A DNA stretch of 63,023 nucleotides, counting the filler, from Licmophora abbreviata (lineage: Eukaryota): the NCBI GenBank assembly GCA_900291995.1. It is 14 parts of 14 records of this genome, joined end to end, with 100 filler letters (N's around TTAATTAATTAA, not from the genome) between each part and the next. Parts side by side here need not be neighbours in the genome. Positions count along the whole stretch, not along the records: positions 11,251 to 12,481 come from OLMU01004811.1; positions 12,582 to 14,911 come from OLMU01004813.1; positions 15,012 to 21,392 come from OLMU01004814.1; positions 21,493 to 31,177 come from OLMU01004815.1; 10 more parts are not named here. One strand, given 5' to 3'. The notes under the pieces were generated by a model. That model had not been told where the DNA came from, did not search any database, and worked only from the letters and a program-made list of their open reading frames with translations. This document shows, piece by piece, positions 11,251-24,131 of this stretch. The first letter of the stretch is position 1; the number at the start of each line of letters is the position of its first letter. The translations under genes were made by a program, and so were the position numbers.

Positions 11251-12326
11251 TTTCTTGATGACCTTGATGACTTCTTGCTGTGCTCACTTTTGCCTTCCTT
11301 TTTATGCTTGTCTTTCTTTGGCCTCTTCTTGTCCTTTTTACTCTTCTTGTGCTTTCGGTCCTTGCGTGGGGGCGTAGGAATAGTATCGTTGTTAGCGGCG
11401 GTACTCGCACTGATGCATCGCAAGGATGATTCCATAGCACCCACACTGTGCGACCGTCGATGTCGTCGGGACTTTCTTTCCTTCTCCTCATCATGTCGTG
11501 TACTGGTGAGGCTCGTTCGCTCGTCCTGGCTGTCATCATGGATGAGTCGCGCTTTTGAATGATTGCTACCGGTTCGATTCTTGCTTCTGACGTGATCACT
11601 TTGCGAACGGTGCAAATCGTCATCTTGTTTGGGGACGGCAGTATTGGTACCAAGAAGCTTCTGGTTGGCCTGGATACGCTTCATGGTCGCACCGATAGAT
11701 TCGATTGTCTCTGACATGGAAGTAGACCGGGTTGGAACAGACCCATTGCGGATTCCAACCGGCGAGGCATTGCCACGTTTCTTGAGCGGAGTTCTCCCAT
11801 CGCGCGGCTTGTCTTTAAAGGCAGCCCATTGGAACATACCAAACAGGTTATCGTCATCGATATGGCCATCGTCGTCTGCATCCACGGATGATGATGTTGT
11901 CGATACAACCTTCGCCGTCGTCGTGCTGGGCAAGACTTTGCTCTCGACCAAGTTCTTGGCATGCTCGTGTTTAGAGATATCACGAATGCTCATGCCACTG
12001 CTCCAACAGTTTCTCCGATTCTGACGAGTGACCCTGGGAGGAGGCGTCTTGTTGTACTCCTTGCTGCTGCTGTGGTTTGTCATTTCGTTGCTCTTGTTGT
12101 CGTTGCTACTGCTTTTGGTGGTCGGTTTCGTCGCGAGGGCATCCGTGAGTAACTCTTTAATCGACGGCATCTTGGGCCGTTCTTCCGTCGATCCACCGCT
12201 ACTACTACCGACTGCCTTGCTCTTCGGCGATTGACGAGAATATGTTGGTACTGGACTGAGCTTACCGCTGCCATTGTGGTCGAATGACAGGGCAGAATTG
12301 ACGTAGTACGGCATGGACTTTGCCAT
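11251..12326 (-). CDS. Hypothetical Ser/Lys/Arg-rich low-complexity protein, 3' end in gap
   Basis: Open frame of more than 350 codons from the ATG at 12326, with a basic KKSKKDKK tail; no recognisable domain. Confidence 0.6.
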
Positions 12327-12581
12327 GATGCTGATGATGCTCGTCTCTTCTCAACAACAAGAAGGATTCCGCACTGCACTGGAAAGCAAGAACGGCCAGT
12401 CGGCCTGGAATAAAATCACGCTATAGAAGGCGATCTTCCGCTCCTTAAGACTTTAGAATGCGGAGGGTAATGTGCAATCTANNNNNNNNNNNNNNNNNNN
12501 NNNNNNNNNNNNNNNNNNNNNNNNNTTAATTAATTAANNNNNNNNNNNNNNNNNNNNNNNNNNNNNNNNNNNNNNNNNNNN

Positions 12582-14239
12582 CTTTGTCGTTGTCCATCAA
12601 AGATCGCTTCGGCACTTGCCGCAACAAACTGACAGTTGTCAATGTTGTTCAACTCGGCATTGGCCTGGGCTTCTTCGACTGCCTTTTGGTTTACTTCAAT
12701 CCCGACACATACATCAAATGATGCTGCTGATGAAAGACAAAACAGCCCCGATCCACAATAGCAGTCAATCAAATGTGTCATGGGCTTCTTAGCAGTGCCT
12801 TCGATTGATGCTTGAGCGGTGGCCGCGGCTACCACATGCTGAACCATGACGGGGACCATGTAAGGATTATTTTGAAAAAAGTTGCCCGCCAAAAAACGAA
12901 AGGACAGATTGGCGACAGTCGTGGTCACATAGGTATTGGGATCGGTAATGACTCCCTCGTTGGCATGGCGCAAGAGCAACGTAGCTCCCCGCTTGGGGCG
13001 ACGCAAGTTCCCAGTCCGTGCCTTATTGTGCGTCTCCTCGCGTAGTGCCGTCAGTTTCTCGTTGATAGCTTCAGTAGCAATGTGACAATACGGAACATCC
13101 ACCAACTGCCGACTGTTCTTGACTTTGAATCCAATCTTTTCAATTCGATAGGAATCTTTGTTGTCATCGCCGTCATTGGCGATTTTCCGCGGCGCTTCAT
13201 AGTGCGGCGTAATCTTACTGCGATAATGCAATACATGTTCTGTCCCGACTGTCGGCGTGACGACCGGATTCCGAACCTCCCCGATCCTCTCCAGCACATC
13301 CCGCACGTGCTGTGTCTTCCACTGTCGTTGATACTCTATAGTCATGTGTTGATATTGACACCCTCCACACGTCTGGGAAAGTTCACACACGGGTGTCGTC
13401 ACGCGACTGTCGCTGTTAGATTCCAGTACTGCAATCAAATCGGCGTCGCTGTACGACTTGTAATTACGATAGACGCGTAGTTTGACGAGCTCTCCAGGAA
13501 TGACATTCGGGACGAAAATAACCCAGTCTTGATGGGTGGAAGAAGAAGTAGTAGTAATGTTCGATGATGAGTCTTCATGTGCCGGTGCAGTCTCATCGTT
13601 AGCCATTTGATGGACAGTATGGCCGGTGTTAGTAGAAGAACTGCCATTCGTACTGGTAGTCGGTACGGACACACGACATATTCCCATCCCCAAGTTTGTC
13701 AAGGAGACGACGCGAGCTGTAAGCTCTTGTTGGTACTGTGTTTTAATAAAAATGAGGTAGAAGTTACAGGGAAACATGTTGACGAGCAAATTGAATGAGC
13801 AAGACAGCATGCTGCACGCGTGATAATGTACTTTCGAGCGAGAGAAACCACACTGTACCTGAAATGGATAAGGCACGAACTTCTTTGGGACCTGCCGTGG
13901 CTGTACAACCTCCGACGAAGAGTCTGCACTAGTAGCTTGTACAGATGATAAGGATGAGCTTGCAGTAGACCTTCTAAAAGCAAGCGACGGGACATGACCG
14001 TTAACCGACAATCTGGATGATGATAGTGGCACAGGACGCGACGACGAATACGAAGGATACCGAGACTGATAGGACAGTGTACAGCGCCGTATTTGCCGTC
14101 TTGAAGCAACAGAAGCACTTGTCGTTCGCAGCGGAGCCTTCCACGAACAAACGCATGAGGCTCTCATCAGCAAGGCACTCATGAAGACCCAAAGAGCCGT
14201 TGCAGCCCGTCTTCCACCGCAATAGCTGCCGACCATCAT
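12582..14239 (-). CDS. TrmA/RlmD-family RNA (uracil-5)-methyltransferase with TRAM domain, organelle-targeted; probable in-frame intron 13736-13858; 3' end in gap
   Basis: TRAM (VVSLTNLGMGICR, IFVPNVIPGELV), Fe-S motif C..CGGCQYQH, YRSK, FFQNN, IDCYCGSGLF and GIEV; N-terminal signal peptide followed by W. Confidence 0.9.
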
Positions 14240-14558
14240 GGCAATGTTTGATGTTGTGTTGTTGCAAAAATCAAAACGAATGAGTGGAGCTCGTCAATTT
14301 TCATTTTTTTTCGCGGGCGCGCCATTTTTTCACCGCGGTTGATGAGCAGACACAGACGAGACATTTTGACATTCGTCGATTGTGTCAATTTTATCTTCAT
14401 ATTTAACGACATTTATATCTGTAATGCTCTTTCACAAGTTCGTTGGGTGTGATTGACAGTGTTGGTTTGAATCGCTGTATGCACAAAACAAGAGCTTGTC
14501 ATCACAAAAAACATCTCATCACTCATCACTACCAGCCACTGCTGAAGTAGACACGATC

Positions 14559-16030
14559 ATGAATGCACAAGACACTACGGCAAACTCGCGCGGAGTCACG
14601 ACGCGGGCGACACTCTATGCCGTCGATCAACTGGGGAGTTGCGACGACTCAAAGACCGATGAATCTAGTAAAGTCACTTCTACTACCTTGTCTATCCCCT
14701 TGCCTCCTTCTCGCAAAACAACAATTCAGCTGGAGAAGCATGTGGTGTCCAAGCTCAATACCAGCTTCAACTCAGACACTGCAATGAACGGAAGCTTCGA
14801 AACGACAACAAATATTGCGGGTAATGGCGGTGACCGAATACTGCTGCCTTGTGGCGTGGATGACAACGGTGAGAATCCAAAGATCAACAAGTCTTGCCAT
14901 CATTCACCGTCNNNNNNNNNNNNNNNNNNNNNNNNNNNNNNNNNNNNNNNNNNNNTTAATTAATTAANNNNNNNNNNNNNNNNNNNNNNNNNNNNNNNNN
15001 NNNNNNNNNNNATCAACAAGTCTTGCCATCATTCACCGTCGCTTGATAATGAAAAAAGCGTCCTCACAGATACTGCTGTCGATGGAGACTCTCCTCGACC
15101 CGGTCAGAGCAGTTCCGAACACATTGACAGTTCAATGAGATGGAGCACACATACCAATCAGGCGTCACTGGATATATCACAAGTCAATCCTGCCAATCAG
15201 AATCCGATACTAGCAACGGATCCCGAATGGCTCAGACATTTCGACCTAACCACATTCTCGGTTACCCCCAGTTTTTACAACACCAATTTGTCTGCAAATC
15301 ATCGAGACTTGGTACCGCCGTCGACAAGAAACAAACCGATTTCAACTGGCTCCGCGATGCAAAACGCCAAACCAACGGATACTGATCATGCCGCCCGATT
15401 GGATCGGCTCTCTAACAAGTTTTCAGAGCTCGCCATCAAATCAACAGCTAGAGCCAACAAGCGACTCAATTTGAAACCTTCCTTCGCCAAGTCTACATCT
15501 GAAAGTAGACCACGATATCAAATGAGGCGCGTTCATGACAAACAAAAGCTTCGCATGCAAGATCCAATCGATGTGCAGGAGATGGATCGCCGACTTCTCT
15601 TCCAAATCAGTCAACGAGCGGCAATGACAAGAGCGGCTCGGATGCGGCTACTCTACGAGACCGCTGATGAGAGGATTGACAGGAAGGAGGAGGAACGACA
15701 ATTGCTTCTTCATCGCAGTGCCAATACAACTTGGCTGTGCTTCGTCGGTGCAAAAGTGATGAGTCGAATGAGATGGCGGAGAGAACTACTCGTATCGGTG
15801 ACAGATCGAGCGAGCACTCTGTTTCGAATCGCCGACGGAGTGGTACGTGTTGTCCAAGAAGATCTCACCGAGTAGATAAATCGGATAGGTTCGATCAGAA
15901 ACTTGTCGTTGACCCTCTCAAGGAGGAGTCGACTTCCAGACGACGACGCCCCAAGACGCTCAGAAACCGACGGGATTCGTTGACAGGACGCTTGAAGCGG
16001 TGGTTTCAATCACCGGGATATTCGAATTAA
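14559..16030 (+). CDS. Hypothetical Ser/Arg-rich protein spanning a false gap; probable frameshift near 15723
   Basis: The 29 nt on each side of gap 14912-15011 are identical; merging them joins ORF 14496 in frame to ORF 15135. The C-terminus is either the stop at 15875 or, after a -1 shift, the stop at 16030. Confidence 0.55.
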
Positions 16031-16312
16031 AGCAAACATTTTGAAGACTCAACTAGAATAGTACTCCGTAGACGACAAGGGAGTGGCATGATGTTTACAA
16101 AGCGGTGTTGTTGTCAAAGGTAGGCCCAATGAAATTTCAATCAATACCACTTATATGGACATTTATTTAATTCAATGCTCCCAACGCTTTTGGGGGTCTC
16201 ATTTTCTTGCTCCTTCATACCCACATGCCCACAACATCTATGTAAGTGCAGTCGACACAGGCCATGAGAAGCCAATCAGAAGGGTCTAGATGACTACGAT
16301 GGAGAACCGTTC

Positions 16313-17508
16313 ATGCCTGGTATAGAGGGTGAAAGTGAATTCGAACAGAGCAAAGGGGCGAATTCAGTGCTGCATGCTGCCGTTGACTCATGGTTGGAAA
16401 CGGGGTCCGACCATCTGTTCGACTCGTTCGAAATTCTCACCAGCAATTGGAGGAGCTCGGCATACACATCCCACACAGAGAGAAATCCTCTCATATACTT
16501 GGCATGGATCGTCAGCTTCAAAGATCAGAAGACGACTCTCTTCCACTCGCCTTGTCCTTGGCGGGGTTGGGGGTGGCGATCATGCTGATGTTGCTTCATT
16601 TCCGAAGCTTCTTTCTACGTGACGCCGACGATGATAGCATGATGGTAGAAGAACAGCTAGTGCGAGCGGAATCACTGGAGCCTGCACATGCCTGTAAGAG
16701 AAGCTTGTGTGAGGCTTTTGACGACACATGTATGCTACTACGTGGACGGCCAGCAGGGTACAATGATGCCAAGGCGGGTAGTATCGCAATACAGATGAGA
16801 CAGCAATCTCCATTGAACAAGGGAGGGGAAGCAGGAAAAGATTCAATCAGCCCACCGAATCTGGAACAAATTAAAGGATTGGAAACCATAGTCGAAGAGT
16901 CTCTGCTCCAAGACGACGAAGAGGCTGACTCCGTGAGCACCACCCGGAGTCTCTCCAAATGGTATGAAGTCTTTCCCTCGTTATCGTACGCGCTTGATCC
17001 TCAAGAAGATGCTACCAGTATCGCCGGGACGAGTTGTGACTCTCCAACGCTTGAAAGTTCGAGAAGTTCGCTATTCGAATATGCCAAGGAGCCACCGGAC
17101 CCTCTATCGCACGTTAGACGAACTGCCAAGACTGTCCGAGCTTCACGAAACGAAGCCATCAGCTCGTCGACAGTTGAAGTTCGCCTTCTGCGAAAAGATC
17201 CGACGTTGAAATGCAGTTGGTTGGACACAATAAATAGATCGAGGAGCGACTATACAGTCAGTCACGAGAAGGACCTGGGCGGACCGATCAGAACTACCAC
17301 GATGACTGACTCGCTATCCGAGTCGCCGGAAAGTGAGGTCGATAGCTACAGTTGGGTTGACAGCGACGATTGTGAGAAACAAAGTACACGGAGCTATCTC
17401 AGTTGGACGGCATCGGAGCGAAAGGCTATGCGAGAGGCAGCAGAAGAACTTTTATTCCGGGAACGAGACTGGTCGATTCTGCTGGAAACTGCAAGCAGCA
17501 ACTTATAG
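16313..17508 (+). CDS. Hypothetical single-pass membrane protein with a Ser-rich acidic tail; probable frameshift near 16520-16528
   Basis: ATG 16313 frame (..IYLAWIVSFKDQ) joins the long frame (EDDSLPLALSLAGLGVAIMLMLLHF...) by a one-base shift. Confidence 0.55.
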
Positions 17509-17626
17509 CGGCTGGTATGAGCAAACGAGAGAAGAGGTGGCGCTACTGAAGAATGAATCGCAGAGATGCAAGGCTCAGAAGTCGCTAATGCATAAGTCAA
17601 ATAGAACTATCAAGGGAAGGGGCCCA

Positions 17627-19864
17627 TCAATCACTCTTCCGCAATGCTATTCGAAACTCGTAGTTCGAACCGTCGGTCGAATCAGCGAAATCGGTGCGGA
17701 ATACGTCTTCGCGTTCGGCGAGGAAAGCCCCAAGACCTCCGTACAGTCTCTTCAACTCTGTCAGTGCTTTTGATCCGCGTTTCCCATTGTATCCTGTGTT
17801 TGCCGCTAGATAGCGCCCGACATCTCTGGAGCTTGCCTCGCCACCACTGGCCTGCAAATACTCCCGAATGAGCTTTTCTAGATACATGGAATTTTCTGGT
17901 AATGGTGAATGTTTTCCGCCACCACTACCACTGGATACCCGCACTCGTTTCATGCCAATCCGTGCTTTGTGATCCTTCTTGAGTTGCTCGACTTGTTTTT
18001 TGACATCAGTTTCAACCCTCTCTTGCAGCGCCGCCTTCGTCCCAGAAACAGGCAGTTCAAACTGTTTGCAAATTTCTTTCAGTTCCACCACCTTCAACTT
18101 TGAAAAATCTCTCGTCAGCGTCTCTGGGAGTTCTAATTTGTCGTCGTCATCGTCGTCGTTGTGACCACCAGAGTTTTTCTGGGCATGTCGCAACCCATGA
18201 GTGTAGGCCGTCCCATCATCCAAGGACTCGGTACTGTATGTATCAAAGAACTTCTTTTCGTCCACACTAAACTGGGTTCGCTTCGCTTCTGCCAACAGCG
18301 TTTCTTCTGCCGTTTCGCGCAATGTAGCCCAGAACGCCTTGTTTGTAGGATCCGATGCACGACGCAAGGCTTCCGTCGGAGGCCGTTTCAGCACTTCAAA
18401 ACACCCCGACACGGTCAAAAACTGAAACAGCCCTCCGTATGCTTCCTTGACTTCGTCCAGCAAGATTCGGTCCCCAATCTCCAATCGTTTCAAGTACCGC
18501 CCAATATCTCGCGACGACACTACCGCACGATCGTTTCCCCCACTCCACGACGATGCTTTGTCGATGAAGTCATAAATGACCTTCATCAAGGCAAAGACGG
18601 AGACGGTCGGCTTGTTGCCGAAATCACTCGCCCTCGGAACCATGAGTTGGTCCAAAAAATCTTCAATCCAAATAGGTTCGTAGTCCTTGACATTGGGCGT
18701 TTCGTACAAGGCTCTGTTACAACTCGACCGCATACTCACAATACACACCTGCCGCGCCTTTTGCCGCGTCCGAATAAGCGCTGGCAAGAAGTCTTTGTCT
18801 CCGCTCACCAAAATGGCCACATCGTAGGCACTGGGTACGGTCGCATAGTGCAACATTTCGACCGCCAGTTGAATGTCCACACACTTTTCCCCCGGCCCCA
18901 CCGTTTCCATCATGTGCACATCGTAATTGTTATTGTTCATATCTTCAAACATGCGCAGTCGATTGGAATAGCGTGACGTATCCTTCTTGACAGACGTAAA
19001 GACACTGGCCCGTACCACTTCGACCGGTCGTGTGCTAGTAGCGGCAGCAGCAGAACCTGTGGCATTCGATGTACTACTAGTGCTGCTCCACCCCACTTGT
19101 TGGAGTTGGAGTTGTTCGCACAGTATCCGCGGCAGTGCTGCCCAATCAAAGGCATATCGTGTCTGCCATCCCATGCCATACTTTTTGGCAATGGGACACC
19201 GATCCTCTTGTCGTTCGTGAATACTGTAGTATAACCAAGTGCCATCAATGAACATCATGGCCTTGATGGGAGCAACAGTATTAGAAGAAGAGGATGGATT
19301 TGGCGTACTAGTAGTAGTAGAAGAAGAGGATGATGAAGTTTCAGTAGTTTGTGATGGTGTTGGTTGCTGATGTTGTACTACTAGTTCCATGAGCGTGTCA
19401 ATCTGACGTTGTTGTTCTTCGATTCGACGTTGCGTTTCGTCTTGAATCGGTGATGTCTGTGAAGACGAGGACGGCGGAGGTGTCTGTGGAATCTTCCCAG
19501 CAGCATCACTGCTGATAAAGTGTAAGAGTGATTGTGCCTTCTTGTTGTTGTTGTTGTTGTTGTTGTTGTCGTCGTCGTTTGTACCCTCAGTACGAGCATT
19601 GCTGTCGTCGTCGTTGTTGTTATCTGAGGATGCCAACGGAAGTGGCGTGAAAGAATCTACACCACGAGGACGAGTATAGTAGGTCAACTGCCATCGTATT
19701 CGAGGAGGAGATAGCTGGTTTGGAAGACTCACAAGAGCCATCACATGACTAGTAGCAAAATTGGTCCAAACACAACAACAACCACAAGAAAGCAGAATCA
19801 AGAGTGCCGATGCGAGCATCCTTTCTGCTCCTCTTTGCGTTCTTATTCGTCTCTTCCCCACCAT
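17627..19864 (-). CDS. NYN (PIN-like) ribonuclease with SAP domain and two LOTUS/OST-HTH-like repeats; N-terminal presequence
   Basis: NYN motifs MFIDGTW, EKCVDIQLAVEM and AILVSGDKDFLPAL; SAP motif LKVVELKEICKQFELPVSGTKAALQERV; two repeats SSRD(I/V)GRYL...YGGL..FL. Confidence 0.85.
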   Translation of the reverse strand: MVGKRRIRTQRGAERMLASALLILLSCGCCCVWTNFATSHVMALVSLPNQLSPPRIRWQLTYYTRPRGVDSFTPLPLASSDNNNDDDSNARTEGTNDDDNNNNNNNNKKAQSLLHFISSDAAGKIPQTPPPSSSSQTSPIQDETQRRIEEQQRQIDTLMELVVQHQQPTPSQTTETSSSSSSTTTSTPNPSSSSNTVAPIKAMMFIDGTWLYYSIHERQEDRCPIAKKYGMGWQTRYAFDWAALPRILCEQLQLQQVGWSSTSSTSNATGSAAAATSTRPVEVVRASVFTSVKKDTSRYSNRLRMFEDMNNNNYDVHMMETVGPGEKCVDIQLAVEMLHYATVPSAYDVAILVSGDKDFLPALIRTRQKARQVCIVSMRSSCNRALYETPNVKDYEPIWIEDFLDQLMVPRASDFGNKPTVSVFALMKVIYDFIDKASSWSGGNDRAVVSSRDIGRYLKRLEIGDRILLDEVKEAYGGLFQFLTVSGCFEVLKRPPTEALRRASDPTNKAFWATLRETAEETLLAEAKRTQFSVDEKKFFDTYSTESLDDGTAYTHGLRHAQKNSGGHNDDDDDDKLELPETLTRDFSKLKVVELKEICKQFELPVSGTKAALQERVETDVKKQVEQLKKDHKARIGMKRVRVSSGSGGGKHSPLPENSMYLEKLIREYLQASGGEASSRDVGRYLAANTGYNGKRGSKALTELKRLYGGLGAFLAEREDVFRTDFADSTDGSNYEFRIALRKSD

Positions 19865-20256
19865 TCTCGTGATTTCTAGGCGAGTTCGATTATTGAACTT
19901 GGGTGCTGAGAGTGGTCCAAAATAGCAGCAACTATGAAATACGTGCCGATATCATACACTGTGCCATCATGGTCGCGATCCAAAACTGGAAACATCACAT
20001 GAAAACAAGAAAAACGTCACGGGCATGTAGACGGCCAGACTGTAAAACGCAGGAGAGCCGTCCAAGATTTCCACGCGAAATTTCGAAACTAGAAAATTGG
20101 GAATGATGCGATGCAGCATGAGGCAGGCATCACTCACCTCGTCCTTTATGCTCTTACTGTTGCGCATGTGTCACTCCTGTTGAAACATTGTTTCCTTCTC
20201 CTCATTCTCTCTTTTCATGCTAGTCTGCTTCGTGTCTAGACTTTCTTCGACTCACG

Positions 20257-22436
20257 ATGAGACCGCACCGCTGCAACGATAGAATATCCCTCACCACGCC
20301 CCACAAACGGCGCTCCTGCCGTCGGAAGACCATCCAAAGCACAGTGAGCACGTCTACTTTGTCTCTCTCCTCTCTACTGCTACATGCAGTTCTAGTATCT
20401 GCCTTCTGGTGCACCACGGACGCTCTTCTTCCGGTACCACTCTCTCCATCTTGTACTGCCTCAAGGATGTCTTCGAAAAGAAGCTTTTGCAGCAGTCCTG
20501 ATGTACATCATCACCACCGGTCCTCCTCCTTTCTTTCCAAGAGTCCGTCTGTCTTTTCCATTACCAGCATCAGGAGCGGTACACCACTACATCATCAACA
20601 ACAAGACGAAACACCGACGCGCACAAGTAGTGACAAACAGGAGGATGACAGCTCGCCACTGTCACTCGTGGATTTGAATATACAGCTCGAAACCTTGGCT
20701 CAAAAGTGTGTCATCCACAACAACAAGAAAGATAATGAAGCTGCATCTTCCTCCGTGGTACAGTATGCCTCGCAGTGTCAAGACTTGTTTCAACAAAGTT
20801 TTTCGAATCCTGAACTACCGACTCCTACCATTGGCTCCTTTCATATACTACTACGAGCCTGGACCAGATGTGCTGCCAGTTTGGCAGAACAACGCAATCA
20901 GCAACGCGGCAAAACGACAGCAACAGCAGCGGGTGTGGCCATGGACATGTCGTCCTTGTTGGCAGCATCGTTGTCGTCGAACAGTAGTAGTGGTAGTAGT
21001 ACAATGGTACCTACTGCTACTACTCTGCCCATTTATACCGCCCACGATGCTATGGAGCATGCTACGAAGCTAGTCTTGAATCAAGACGAGAGTCCGAGTG
21101 TGCAGAGGGACCTCTCCTGTTACACCATTGTCATGGACGGTTGGAGTAAGACACGATTGGACGAGGCGCCTCATCAGTGTGAAGTGCTGCTCAAACAGAT
21201 CAATGAACATCCGACCTTCCATGCCGATACTGCCACATATCATGCCGTGTTGGATGCTTGGGCACACTCCCCACGAGACGATGCGATGGATCGAGTCTTG
21301 AAAGTATATTCGCACATGGACAAGTTGAGTCGAGAACCAGCTTCGAGGGTGCAACCCAATCTACGGACTGTTAATATGGTCGTGACGGCGTTNNNNNNNN
21401 NNNNNNNNNNNNNNNNNNNNNNNNNNNNNNNNNNNNTTAATTAATTAANNNNNNNNNNNNNNNNNNNNNNNNNNNNNNNNNNNNNNNNNNNNGGCACATC
21501 GGGTGCTGAAGGAACTTACCACAATTGATCCGGATGTGCAAACGTATACGTGTGTAATGGATGCCTATGCGCGGTGCGGGACGGCGGAAGCGACACAGTG
21601 TGCCGAAGATTTGTTGGAGGAACTCAAGGCGAATCCTTTGCTCGAACCGAACGTACGCACCTACTCGTCACTCATGACGGCCTACTCGAAAACGCCTCGG
21701 CCGGACTCGCCACATAAGGCGGAGGCGTTGTTGCAAGAAATGAAGGATGCTTATTACAGTGCTAAATCGCAACAGGATGATGGTAGAAGGCTGCATTCAG
21801 ACGACACGGCCAAGCCCAATATGCGCACGTACACGATTGTCATTCAATGTTGGGGACGGTCGCGAGATCCCACAAAGGCGCAGCGTGCACTGAAGATTCT
21901 CAAGAGCATGCGAGAAATGTATCAACAGGGCGATAAAGATGTCAGGCCAAATCTGATTACCTATAATGCTGGTATGTCAATGATACGATGTGTGTTCTTG
22001 TGAATGAGAAGTGGTGTCGAAGTAACCATTCTACTTGTTTATAACTCACTTGTACAAAACCTCAGCCATTGACGCCTGTGCCCGATGCAATGGAGATTCT
22101 AAACAACAAACGGAAGCTCTTAAGATTGCCTTTGCGATTCTGAAAACAATCGAACTGGATCCTGATTTCGCCCCCAACCAAGTTACATTTGCTACCCTTG
22201 TCAAGGCCACGGCCTTTTTGATGCCGGCAGGACCGGAACGAAACGATGTGGCACGTGCTGTCTTTGAAAAGGCGCGGACTGCGGGCATGATTGACCTGAC
22301 CATAGTTAAAAATGTGCGCAAAGCGGTCGACAATCAAGTTATGCGAGAGCTATTTCAGGAAATGAAGGACCCAAAGGGATACATAGACTACAACGCTATT
22401 CCCCCATCCTGGTCACGAAATGTGCGTGTCTCATAA
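20257..22436 (+). CDS. Pentatricopeptide repeat (PPR) protein, organelle-targeted; gap 21393-21492; intron 21972-22065
   Basis: Repeated ~35-aa units (CYTIVMDGWSK, TYHAVLDAWAH, PDVQTYTCVMDAYARCG, PNVRTYSSLMTAYSK, PNLITYNA|AIDACAR) and a terminal IPPSWSRNV. Confidence 0.9.
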
Positions 22437-22566
22437 AGTGGAACTTTCTATGCGGTTAACGCTACTTCAGTACTTTTTTGTTGTTAGTGTTCCGTCCAGG
22501 GAAGCTTGGATAGATGCCTGTTGATTACATGTGAGTGGATTTGGCTGGATGAAAGCCTGCGAGTTA

Positions 22567-24131
22567 CTACATAGCAAGCTCATTCAAGGGCAGTGGGTGG
22601 GGCCCTCCTTTATCTTCGAAAAGCTCCTCTTGTGGGGATGACTTGCATTCTTCGCTGTCATCGCTGCTGCTGCTTTCGGAATCATGGCTGCAGGGTGTCA
22701 TGTAGGTTTCGTCTGGAGTGGCGACCGACTCCTTATCGGACGTGGAGGCAATGACACGAATTGAACGGGCCCATTCGATCAAACTGGCTGTACTGCTGAC
22801 AGCCGCCGACTTGCTTTGACATTCACCGTTGGGAGATCCCAACGACTTTTCAACATCCACCTGGAATAGATCATGACTATCTTCGCTCATGGCTGCCGAC
22901 ACTGTGGGCTTGCGATTCGACCGGAACCAGCGAGATGAGAATTGCGCCGACGAAATTCCACTGCTTGCATAGCTTGCACTATCTTCATCGTCGTCTTCGT
23001 GCGACCCAGAGGAAAACAATGCGTTGGAAGAGACTTCAAGGTCTGCGTTTTCGAAGGTACCACTGCTGCTCGAGTCGGAGGAACGTAGCTGCGAAAGTCC
23101 CTCTTGTGACGCTTCCGATTTTTGTGAAGACTTGGATGAGCTGCTGCTGCTTTGACTAGACGTTTCAAAGACAAGAAGGTGTTCGGTGGATGACACTGGT
23201 GACTGTTCGGACGCTTCAGAGTGGCGGTCCGACATGGCCTGCTCCGAATCTTCTTCCTCGGTTGCCTTGGGAGTCGAATCGAGTTCCTGTTCACTGTTGC
23301 CGCTGGTAGCTCCGTTAGGCTTTAGAATCGAAAACATGTCCAGCGATGACGAGTGGTGCCGAGTCAACTTGATCATGGAGTTCTCCTCGTCTTCGCGAGT
23401 CCAAGCATTACGTTGCGATGCATGTGCATTCAGAGTATGGGGATGATGATGCTGTTGCATGCTGCCGACCTTGGTGTTGTGATATACCATGTATGCGACG
23501 GCAACGAGCACCAGGGCGCCAATGGTCACCAAGACAGTGTCGACAATGGTAAGGTTGACTCTGTTGGACGACTCGGAAGTGCCTCGAGTCGGGAGCGGTG
23601 CAAAGGGCTCAACTGAAATATCAATCAAGTTCTTGAGGGAGGATTGGACTGCACCAATGCCTGAAACTCGAACTGCAGCGTCGGGCGAGAAAACGTCTCC
23701 ATGATGAGCTGGTCCAAGTGGGAGGACTGTTCAACGTGTGATGCTCTGGACGCTGAAGGAGCAAAGGTGCCGAGGACAGCAAACGTAATGGTAGTAGTAG
23801 GAAGATCTAACGTCATTGGAGCTTCGCGTCTCTCGTCTCCATCTTGCTCTAGTTCCGTGGCTTGAAGGACTGCGTCCACATCTTGAAGTTCAAAACCGTC
23901 TGCAGCCTCGTCGTCCCTGTGAGCGGCTGACGACGACGAGAGCAGTACGGTGGCAATCGCATCCGAGACTTGGAATTGGGCATGTAGATCCAGTTCACTA
24001 AAGGTCGGCCGAAGAGCCATGCGAAAGGACGATGAGGCCACCAGTGTCGAAGAAGGCGTCATGGCGAAAACCCTTGAGAGCCAACAAAAGGCCAACAAAG
24101 CCTTGGAAGTCACCGGTACCGACATCAGCAT
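22567..24131 (-). CDS. Type I membrane protein (signal peptide, luminal domain, TM, Ser-rich tail); apparent frameshift near 23640
   Basis: ORFs 23625-24131 and 22567-23628 overlap and join as VQSNP|SLKNLIDISVEPF if one base is added. TM is IVDTVLVTIGALVLVAVAYMVY. Confidence 0.6.

Noticed and set aside
8808..14239. Apparent translation and tRNA-modification cluster (eIF2-gamma, QNG1, TrmA-like)
   Set aside because: Separated by two scaffold gaps and an unrelated gene, with different predicted compartments; chance adjacency is sufficient.
19542..19620. (TTG)n/(TCG)n microsatellites
   Set aside because: They encode ordinary poly-Asn/Asp tracts in the linker of the NYN protein.
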